Source: Candidatus Collierbacteria bacterium GW2011_GWB1_44_6 (GTDB lineage Bacteria > Patescibacteriota > Microgenomatia > UBA1400 > MFAQ01). From it: a stretch of DNA of 48,344 bases. The DNA is taken from NCBI GenBank assembly GCA_000998025.1, contig LCJG01000001.1, positions 1 to 48,344 of the forward strand, in the 5' to 3' direction. Shown piece by piece: positions 42,071 through 48,344 of the stretch; the first letter of the stretch is position 1, and every line of letters starts with the position of its first letter. The notes under the pieces were generated by a model. The model saw only the letters and a program-made list of their open reading frames with translations, searched no databases and had not been told where the DNA came from. The position numbers were made by a program, and so were the translations under genes.

Positions 42071-42700
42071 ATGAAAGCCAAAATTTTTATTATGCTAGTA
42101 CTACTTTTCTTTTTACTTAGCCTTATTGTCTTCACTACGCCTGTTTCGCAGATAGATATTAGCTTTAGTAGATTTGCACAAAGTTTCGCTTCTAGACCGC
42201 TCAGACTATTTATGAATTTCGTCAGTATTTTGGGAAATAGTCCATACGTTGAAGTATTAATTTTGGTTTCGTCATCCTTATTCTTGTTAGGTGGTAAAAA
42301 GAATGAAGCCCTTGCGATGTTCACTTTCCCCGCCTTGGGGGCAGCCATCGGATCTATCATCAAAAACATTGTTGGTCGGGACAGACCAGGAAGTGAAACG
42401 GTGAATGTTTTCTATAGCCTTGGAGATATGAGCTACCCCAGCATGCATGTGCTTATCTTCACGATTTTTTTTGGCTTTATAGCCTACTATTCACTTACTT
42501 CCGTAAAACATCCCTTAATAAAAATATTAATGATCGCATTTTCCGTCGTTTTTATACTTTCAATCAGCTTTTCCCGCGTCTACCTAGGAGTACACTGGTT
42601 GAGTGATACTATCGGAGGATATTTACTCGGAGGGATAGTGCTATACCTGTTCATACATACTGTTCGTAAGTTAAACTCATATCATCATGCCCAAAGATAA
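42071..42700 (+). CDS. PAP2-family lipid phosphatase (candidate undecaprenyl-diphosphate/phosphatidate phosphatase)
   Basis: Carries the three PAP2 motifs: KNIVGRDRP (KxxxxxxRP), PSMH (PSGH) and SRVYLGVHWLSD (SRxxxxxHxxxD). Confidence 0.8.
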   Translation: MKAKIFIMLVLLFFLLSLIVFTTPVSQIDISFSRFAQSFASRPLRLFMNFVSILGNSPYVEVLILVSSSLFLLGGKKNEALAMFTFPALGAAIGSIIKNIVGRDRPGSETVNVFYSLGDMSYPSMHVLIFTIFFGFIAYYSLTSVKHPLIKILMIAFSVVFILSISFSRVYLGVHWLSDTIGGYLLGGIVLYLFIHTVRKLNSYHHAQR

Positions 42701-43565
42701 ATTTTCTGCCGTTTGGATATCACACACCTCGATTGCGGACTATCTTCATTGTCCCAGAGCCTATTTTTTAAAAAATATATACAAAGACAGAAGTACTGGC
42801 AACAAGCTTCAGATCGTCACCCCTGCCCTTGCCCTCGGATCGGCTGTTCATGAAGTACTTGAATCTCTCTCTACTTTGCCCACGGAAACCCGCTTCCATG
42901 ATTCGCTAGTGCTTAAGTTCGATGCAATCTGGGATAAATACTCTGGAAAAAAAGGCGGTTTTCTAGATCTGGAAGAAGAGCACAAACACAAAGAACGAGG
43001 TAAAGCCATGCTTCGGCGGGTAATGGATCACCCTGGTCCCCTACAAAACCTAGCGGTTAAGATCAGAGAGAGCTTGCCATACTACTTTATTTCTGAGGAC
43101 GAGAACATTATTTTATGTGGAAAAATTGACTGGCTAGAATATTTCAAAGACGAAGACAGTATTCACATTATCGACTTCAAGACAAGCAAGAAAGAAGAAA
43201 CGACCGATTCATTTCAGCTTCCGATTTACCACCTACTAGTCACCAATTGCCAACAAAGACCTGTCTCGAAGGCCAGCTATTGGTATTTGGACTTCTCGGA
43301 TACCCCAAAAGAAAAAGATCTTCCAAATATAAAGATAGCCACCGAACAGATTCTTGAGATTGGCCGGAAAATAAAGCTATCCAGAAAGCTTGAAAAATTT
43401 GCCTGTCCACACGGGAGTGATGGCTGCCCCTTTTGCCGCGACTTTGAACGATTGCTCCGGGGGGAGGGTGAAAAGGTGGGGGAGATGGGCCACCGTGACT
43501 CATATATTATTCAAAGAGAAGTCCTTCCAGCGAGCGACGAGGCAGATGACAGCTTCATCATCTGA
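42687..43565 (+). CDS. PD-(D/E)XK nuclease, Cas4/RecB-like with a 4-Cys cluster
   Basis: N-terminal Cys in YLHCPRAYF. Nuclease core GKIDWLEY...IIDFKTSKK (D...D-x-K), then QLPIYHLL (QxxxY). C-terminal CPHGSDGCPFC supplies three more Cys. Overlaps the PAP2 gene by 14 nt. Confidence 0.7.
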   Translation: MPKDKFSAVWISHTSIADYLHCPRAYFLKNIYKDRSTGNKLQIVTPALALGSAVHEVLESLSTLPTETRFHDSLVLKFDAIWDKYSGKKGGFLDLEEEHKHKERGKAMLRRVMDHPGPLQNLAVKIRESLPYYFISEDENIILCGKIDWLEYFKDEDSIHIIDFKTSKKEETTDSFQLPIYHLLVTNCQQRPVSKASYWYLDFSDTPKEKDLPNIKIATEQILEIGRKIKLSRKLEKFACPHGSDGCPFCRDFERLLRGEGEKVGEMGHRDSYIIQREVLPASDEADDSFII

Positions 43566-43581
43566 TCACCGAAATCTAGTC

Positions 43582-44499
43582 TTAGTACGCGGCAACGGCC
43601 ACAGCAAAAGTATTTTGCGCATAGATGCATCCCCAGACGTACTCCCCACCGGCCAGTAGTGCGCGGTGTCCCAGAGTTGTTTCCCAAGCCTTGACTGTTT
43701 CTTGCGGTGTAGCATATCCGGCAGCCAGAAACTCACTGATGTTGTATTTTTCTGAAATCCACTTAAGATCAGATCTCTCTAATAGTGGCACAAAACCAGC
43801 GTGTCCATCTAGTTTTCCGAGCTCCAATAACTGATTCAGACGGATCGAAGCCAAGGTACACAATTCGTCTCTTTTCCCTAGAGGGTTTACGCCTAGCTCC
43901 ACCCTTCTTTTGTTAACCACCTCCCATAGTTCAGGTCCTCCCCACACTGTCTTGGTGGGAGCCGTAGCAATTTTCTTGGCCGGAGAAACCAAAATGATAT
44001 ATGCACTCACCGTGTCGTCTTCATTTTTCACTGCAATTCCAACTTCTTTAAAATCCGTATGTAGGAGGGTTGCTTTTGTGGTCTCACTACTAAACCAATT
44101 TTCTATCGCGTCATTTGTTTTAAAAAAGTCTAACAAAAGCAAATCCCCAATCAGGTTGGCATTGTATCCGGCATTTTTTACAGCCACTTCTCTAGTCAGT
44201 CCGGTAACTGCTCCGGAGTAATCGTCCTCCGTGATAATCACAGCTAATCGGCTTAAGGCAGCTCGGTTTAGTTTTTCATTAACAGTTACTCTCATCAACC
44301 CCTCACTTTCCCTGGCTTCATTTATCTCTGACAAAAGAGTTTCTGTTGTCCAGTCGGGAAAAAATTTTACCCCATTTCTCTCCACATAGATTTTTTGTCC
44401 AATTTCTTCACCAATTTTCTTGATTGGTATATTCTTAAATCCGTAAAAAATTATTCCAATTGCCAAAACCCACAAAAGAAACCTTAAAAAAATTTTCAC
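43582..44499 (-). CDS. Membrane-anchored tandem CAP/SCP (PR-1-like, YkwD-type) domain protein
   Basis: N-terminal TM helix. Two repeats fit the CAP pattern: INEARESEGL...ENWFSS...LLHTDFKEVGIAV, and VNKRRVELGVNPL...KAWETTLGHRALL. Confidence 0.6.
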   Translation of the reverse strand: MKIFLRFLLWVLAIGIIFYGFKNIPIKKIGEEIGQKIYVERNGVKFFPDWTTETLLSEINEARESEGLMRVTVNEKLNRAALSRLAVIITEDDYSGAVTGLTREVAVKNAGYNANLIGDLLLLDFFKTNDAIENWFSSETTKATLLHTDFKEVGIAVKNEDDTVSAYIILVSPAKKIATAPTKTVWGGPELWEVVNKRRVELGVNPLGKRDELCTLASIRLNQLLELGKLDGHAGFVPLLERSDLKWISEKYNISEFLAAGYATPQETVKAWETTLGHRALLAGGEYVWGCIYAQNTFAVAVAAY

Positions 44500-44571
44500 T
44501 AACTAAAGTATAAAATACATTTGCAATTCTTGCTCCAAGCAAAGTTGGCAGACAGGATATAGAATGGCTTA

Positions 44572-44877
44572 ATGAACATAATTTTTAATCCCCAAAAATT
44601 ATCACTCAGTGACCGATTTAGGCAACGGATTCAAACCAAGTTTGATCAAGGCCTGGGAAAGCTATTAAAAAACTATCAAGAAGACCTGAAAGTGGCATCG
44701 CTCGCCATCGAAAAAGTTACTAGATCTGGATATGAAATAAAGTTTGACATGAACCTTCCCGGCTGCCCGATCAATATTAGAGATACCCACAAGGTTCTTA
44801 TGGATGGCGTAGTACGGGTAAGAAACCAGGCCAAAAGACAAATAAAAAAATATATCGAAAAAATGCGGGGTTACTGA
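44572..44877 (+). CDS. hpf: Ribosome hibernation factor (short HPF/RaiA family)
   Basis: 101 aa. The MNIIF start, the spacing of alternating strands and helices, and the basic C-terminal helix (RNQAKRQIKKYIEK) resemble the S30AE/HPF family. Confidence 0.55.
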   Translation: MNIIFNPQKLSLSDRFRQRIQTKFDQGLGKLLKNYQEDLKVASLAIEKVTRSGYEIKFDMNLPGCPINIRDTHKVLMDGVVRVRNQAKRQIKKYIEKMRGY

Positions 44878-45266
44878 TTCTTCTCCCTTTTTCTAATTTC
44901 GACGACCTTGTCCCTGACAATTACTTTTCTTATAAAACCGTCGTGCCCCACGAACTTCATTCCGTCCAGTAGTTCGCTCAAGGCCTTCACTAGATAAGCT
45001 CCATGTCTTTGGTATAGCTTGTCAAACGATCCGTAAAAGTGAGCTAGCTTCGTGTCGATTTCTCTTGGACCATACGTGTCCAACAAGTGGGTTTCAACAA
45101 TCTCTATGATTTCCAGCTTTGCCCCCGCCAGAAGTGTCTGCTCGTCTAGGAATTGACTTCGCGGATTTTCAGACAGCTTCTGGGGAATCCAAGAGGCTCG
45201 GCGAGGCTCATCCTTTTTGGGTTCTTTGCAGTAAACTACGGTTAATTTTTCAATTAGTTTTGCCAT
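44871..45266 (-). CDS. Hypothetical protein (131 aa), immediately downstream of ferredoxin
   Basis: Intact ORF whose start abuts the ferredoxin stop (45267/45266). No family recognised. Confidence 0.5.
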   Translation of the reverse strand: MAKLIEKLTVVYCKEPKKDEPRRASWIPQKLSENPRSQFLDEQTLLAGAKLEIIEIVETHLLDTYGPREIDTKLAHFYGSFDKLYQRHGAYLVKALSELLDGMKFVGHDGFIRKVIVRDKVVEIRKREKNQ

Positions 45267-45461
45267 CTAGCTTTGAGTCGCGATAGCTTGAACGGGGCAA
45301 CACTCCACGGCCATTTTGACCGTTTCTTCTATCTCTGGCGAAGTTGAGCTGTCTAATTCTATCGGCTGGGATTTCCCATCCTTCATCTCAAATGACTTCT
45401 CGGCTATGTCCACGCAAACGCCACATCCGATACAGTTTCCGCTATCTACCGTTATTTTCAT
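45267..45461 (-). CDS. Small single-cluster 4Fe-4S ferredoxin
   Basis: 64 aa with a CIGCGVC...CP cysteine pattern (CxxCxxC plus a distal Cys-Pro). Confidence 0.75.
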   Translation of the reverse strand: MKITVDSGNCIGCGVCVDIAEKSFEMKDGKSQPIELDSSTSPEIEETVKMAVECCPVQAIATQS

Positions 45462-45496
45462 GGATACATTCTAACATTCTACTTGCAACCCGCGGG

Positions 45497-45502
45497 TATA
45501 AT
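45497..45502 (+). promoter_or_regulatory. -10 element (TATAAT) predicting a leaderless DUF2130 mRNA
   Basis: TATAAT ends 6 nt before the A of ATG 45509. There is no SD sequence. Confidence 0.4.
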
Positions 45503-45508
45503 GACACC

Positions 45509-46609
45509 ATGCCCAATCAAATTAAATGTCCAAAATGCGGTGAAGAGTTCGAAATCTCCGAAGCTCTTAGTCACAATATCAGAGAAGAAGTTGAAAAAGA
45601 CCTTACCACGAAAATTCAAAAAGAACTTGAGGAAAAATACCGTCTTCAGTCGGACGACAAGCTCAAACTTATAGAAGCGGAGCTCAAATTTAAGAACGAA
45701 AAGCTTGAAGAGTCACGCCAAGAGTCCCTCAAGCTCCACCAAGAAAAATTAAGACTCGAAGACGAAAAAAAATCTTTTGAGCTGGATAAACAAAAACAAC
45801 TTGATATAGAAAGAGAGAAAATTAGACAACAGACGCTTCTCGAAGCCAGTGACGCCCACCGCCTGAAAGATTTAGAAAAGGAAAAAATGATCAATGATCT
45901 CAAAAAATCGCTCGAAGATGCTCAGCGAAAAGCGTCACAGAGTTCTCAACAATTACAGGGAGAAGTCCAGGAGTTGGATCTGGAAGAATATCTACACTCC
46001 ACCTTTCCTCATGATGAGATTAACCCCGTGGGAAAAGGAGTCAGAGGAGCGGACATTAGTCAAGTGGTTCGGACCAGTTTGGGGACTACCTGCGGCATCA
46101 TTCTCTGGGAATCAAAAAGAACCAAAGCTTGGGTGGATGACTGGGCAGTCAAGCTAAAAGACGATCTGCGCGCGTCCAAGGCCAATGTCCCTGTTATCGT
46201 CACCTCAGTTCTTCCCAAGGAAATAAAATCAGGCTTCGGCTTCTACATGGGGGTTTGGATCACCGAACCAAAATATATTCAGCCACTAGTGGAAATTCTT
46301 CGTAAAAATCTCATTGACATCGCCAGGGAAAAACACAACGGTCAGGACCGCGGCACCAAGGCAGACATGATCTACTCCTACCTGACGAGTGACTCTTTTG
46401 TCCAGCAGATCCAGAGTATTATCGAAGTCCACCAAAACATGCAGCTCCAAATCCAGAAAGAAAGAACAGCCTTCGAAAAAATCTGGAAAGAAAGGGAAGC
46501 TCAGGCAGCCAGAATTATTACCAGCACGGCCGGCATCTATGGCAGTATCCAAGGAGTAGCCGGTCAGTCCCTTCCTCCTGTCAAAGGCCTCGACCTCCTC
46601 GAAGCATAG
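45509..46609 (+). CDS. DUF2130-like protein: N-terminal zinc ribbon, long coiled coil, C-terminal PD-(D/E)XK-like domain
   Basis: ORF 45344..46609. The start is placed at ATG 45509 (MPNQIKCPKCGEEFEISEAL). The upstream part overlaps the ferredoxin gene on the other strand. A Glu/Lys-rich coiled coil of about 150 aa is followed by GADISQVV...GIILWESKRTKAW (D...E-x-K). Confidence 0.65.
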   Translation: MPNQIKCPKCGEEFEISEALSHNIREEVEKDLTTKIQKELEEKYRLQSDDKLKLIEAELKFKNEKLEESRQESLKLHQEKLRLEDEKKSFELDKQKQLDIEREKIRQQTLLEASDAHRLKDLEKEKMINDLKKSLEDAQRKASQSSQQLQGEVQELDLEEYLHSTFPHDEINPVGKGVRGADISQVVRTSLGTTCGIILWESKRTKAWVDDWAVKLKDDLRASKANVPVIVTSVLPKEIKSGFGFYMGVWITEPKYIQPLVEILRKNLIDIAREKHNGQDRGTKADMIYSYLTSDSFVQQIQSIIEVHQNMQLQIQKERTAFEKIWKEREAQAARIITSTAGIYGSIQGVAGQSLPPVKGLDLLEA

Positions 46610-46621
46610 ACCTTATTAGTC

Positions 46622-47968
46622 TCATATTTCGAGTAGGGCAACCGCGTTGGTTGAGCCTTCTTTGTAGTAGTTTTGACCGTGAACAACAATGATGGTATCT
46701 CCTTTTTGCAGTCTTCCGGAAGCGATTAGTTCGTCTGTGGTTTTGTTCGGTAACTTGAACACTCCTTCATTCAAGTTGGATATATGTCCTTCTACGCCAT
46801 ATGACAGTGTCAATTCTTCAACTACTTTTTGGTCTGAGGTTACAGAAACAATTGGTACATGCGGCCTTAGTCTCGATATGGATCTGGCCGTCTTACCGGA
46901 GCTCGTAAAAACCAGAATTAATTTTATCTCGACAAATTTTTGATTTAGCAGTTCTTTGGTTGCGTTGACCACGATATCTGTTTGACTTGACATGGCTTGC
47001 ACTGCTTTCACTGGATATTTCCCACTGGCTGTTTCACCGGAAAGCATTACCGCGTCTGTTCCATCCAACACAGCGTTGGCTACGTCCGTGGCTTCAGCTC
47101 TTGTTGGTCTTGGACTGCCGGTCATCGACTGTAGCATTTGTGTCGCCGTAATCACCGGCTTGTTGGCCTCTCTGCACTTGGCGATAATAATTTTTTGCCA
47201 ATAGGCGAGCTGCTCTATAGGGACTTCTACACCCAGGTCGCCTCTAGCCACCATTATTGCGTCAGAAGACTCTATTAGTTCGTCAAGGTGCTTGAGGGCC
47301 TGCATGCTCTCGATCTTCGCCACTATCATTGCCCGGAATTTTCTTTTTTCCATCTCCTCCCTCAATAGTTCAATATCTTTTTTCGTTCTACTAAATGACA
47401 AAGCGACAAAGTCCACTCGGTTTGTCGAAGCCAAGTCCAGTTTTTTCAAATCTTCTTGGATTAGGGAAGGTAGATCTATTGCGACTCCTGGTAGATTAAC
47501 TCCTTTTCGGTGACCGATTTCACCGTCATCCAGAGCTTTCGCCTCGATCAGATCATTGCTTACATTTTCAACTCTTAATTCCACCGCCCCATCATCGATC
47601 AATATTTGGTCCCCTTTGGCCAAAGCTTTGAATATTAGTTCGTGCGGTATGCATATCGATGATTCTCCTTGTGTAAATGACGGGCTAAACCTGACAATCT
47701 CTCCACTTTTAACTCTGACGGGCAGCTTGTCATACGTCTCAAGACGTATCTCGGGACCCTGTAAATCCATGAGTATCCCAATATTCTTTCCCATTTTATC
47801 GGCAATTTTCTGGACACGCTTAATTCTTTCCTCGTGCCACTGCGAGGTACCATGTTTTGTATTAAAGCGGAAGACGTTCACCCCTGACTCTATCAGCCGT
47901 TCTATTGTTTCCTCTGAGTCGCTTGCCGGACCCAGTGTCGCCACTATTTTTGTTAATTTGGAAGTCAT
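46622..47968 (-). CDS. pyk: Pyruvate kinase
   Basis: Contains TKIVATLGPAS, NFSHG-like FRFNTKHG, MVARGDLGVEVP and a C-terminal FTSSGKTA segment. 448 aa. Confidence 0.9.
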   Translation of the reverse strand: MTSKLTKIVATLGPASDSEETIERLIESGVNVFRFNTKHGTSQWHEERIKRVQKIADKMGKNIGILMDLQGPEIRLETYDKLPVRVKSGEIVRFSPSFTQGESSICIPHELIFKALAKGDQILIDDGAVELRVENVSNDLIEAKALDDGEIGHRKGVNLPGVAIDLPSLIQEDLKKLDLASTNRVDFVALSFSRTKKDIELLREEMEKRKFRAMIVAKIESMQALKHLDELIESSDAIMVARGDLGVEVPIEQLAYWQKIIIAKCREANKPVITATQMLQSMTGSPRPTRAEATDVANAVLDGTDAVMLSGETASGKYPVKAVQAMSSQTDIVVNATKELLNQKFVEIKLILVFTSSGKTARSISRLRPHVPIVSVTSDQKVVEELTLSYGVEGHISNLNEGVFKLPNKTTDELIASGRLQKGDTIIVVHGQNYYKEGSTNAVALLEI

Positions 47969-47991
47969 ATACCTATGGTAACATGGGTCTC

Positions 47992-48344
47992 ATGTATTAC
48001 AAGAAATCCAGAGGTGTCTTCGACCCAAAATCCAAGGAACCCTATAAAATCAGCCGTTCAAAAATAGATCTGTTTATCCAGTGCCCAAGATGTTTCTATA
48101 TGGATGTCCGCCTTGGCCTTTCGCGCCCCTCCACCCCTCCGTACACTCTTAACTCAGCGGTTGATAACCTATTAAAAAATGAGTTTGATTTGCTACGTAA
48201 GAAAGGGGAGAAGCATGAATTAATGGAAAAATACGCCATTGATGCTGTACCTTTTAGTCACCCGGACTTACCACAATGGAGAGGAGAGGTCACGGCATAC
48301 GAAGGTGCCTTGGTGGTCGACGAGAAATCAAATTTATTGATAAA
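47992..48344 (+). CDS. Partial CDS (N-terminal 117 codons, runs off the window end): second Cas4/RecB-like PD-(D/E)XK-family protein
   Basis: My own translation gives MYYKKSRGVFDPKSKEPYKISRSKIDLFIQCPRCFYMDVRLGL...LLKNEFDLLRKKGEKHE..., with no stop before the window edge. The S-x-S-x-I-x-x-F-x-x-CPR-x-FY N-terminus is the same type as in 42687..43565. Confidence 0.5.
   Translation, partial: MYYKKSRGVFDPKSKEPYKISRSKIDLFIQCPRCFYMDVRLGLSRPSTPPYTLNSAVDNLLKNEFDLLRKKGEKHELMEKYAIDAVPFSHPDLPQWRGEVTAYEGALVVDEKSNLLI

Noticed and set aside
45344-45508. A 55-codon N-terminal extension of the DUF2130 ORF as listed in the ORF track.
   Set aside because: The extension is antisense to the ferredoxin gene and has junk-like sequence. 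The zinc-ribbon N-terminus MPNQIKCPKCGEEF starts at ATG 45509, right after a TATAAT box.
1-48344. Searched for CRISPR arrays, IS elements or transposases, integrases, prophage genes and rRNA genes.
   Set aside because: I saw no regularly spaced direct repeats, no transposase, integrase or recombinase-like ORF and no rRNA-like sequence. The only RNA genes I can support are the two tRNAs.
1-48344. Alternative genetic code (UGA recoding), as found in some candidate phyla.
   Set aside because: Conserved genes (ftsZ, ileS, pyk, mraY and others) are full-length without in-frame TGA. TGA serves as the stop in several ATGA-coupled junctions, for example 2185..2188, 7577..7580 and 27071..27074.

Overview
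This 48.3-kb window looks like a compact, gene-dense bacterial chromosome segment. Intergenic gaps are mostly under 30 nt and many junctions are ATGA or TAATG. Gene content and organisation suggest a small-genome Patescibacteria/CPR-like organism with a Gram-positive-type envelope; that lineage call is inference. The standard code is used, and TGA acts as a stop.

Main blocks:
- 1.7-11.9 kb: a tightly packed dcw cell-division operon, mraZ-rsmH-ftsL-like-ftsI-dgkA-mraY-ftsW-murG-ftsQ-like-ftsA-ftsZ. It contains no mur ligase genes. A strong promoter and an MraZ-box-like repeat lie upstream.
- 11.9-13.3 kb: two small self-contained transcription units encoding envelope proteins. One has a prepilin-like N-terminus.
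- 13.3-16.0 kb: a small ORF plus a Y-family polymerase (dinB), then a cupin and a VanW-like protein.
- 16.4-23.0 kb: one long housekeeping operon, ileS-rodA-rplU-methyltransferase-rpmA-parB, followed by lepB on the opposite strand.
- 23.7-38.2 kb: a block bracketed by tRNA-Val and tRNA-Gly. It holds an 805-aa secreted lectin-lipase fusion and a Wzx/Wzy-type glycan cluster (three GT2, one GT4, a B12-radical SAM enzyme, two SAM methyltransferases, an acyltransferase, a GT-C-like protein and an O-antigen ligase/polymerase-like protein).
- 38.8-48.3 kb: mixed genes unusually rich in DNA-processing proteins (a DUF45 metallopeptidase + Pif1-like helicase pair, two Cas4/RecB-like PD-(D/E)XK nucleases, DUF2130). 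Also present are an MFS transporter, PAP2 phosphatase, tandem-CAP protein, HPF, ferredoxin and pyruvate kinase.

I saw no CRISPR array, transposase, integrase, rRNA gene or known defence system. No single feature can be called a new system from sequence alone. The best candidates for follow-up are the post-ftsZ pilin-like module, the small-ORF/dinB cassette with its direct-repeat operator, the B12-rSAM/methyltransferase glycan-tailoring set, the lectin-lipase, and the DUF45-Pif1 pair.
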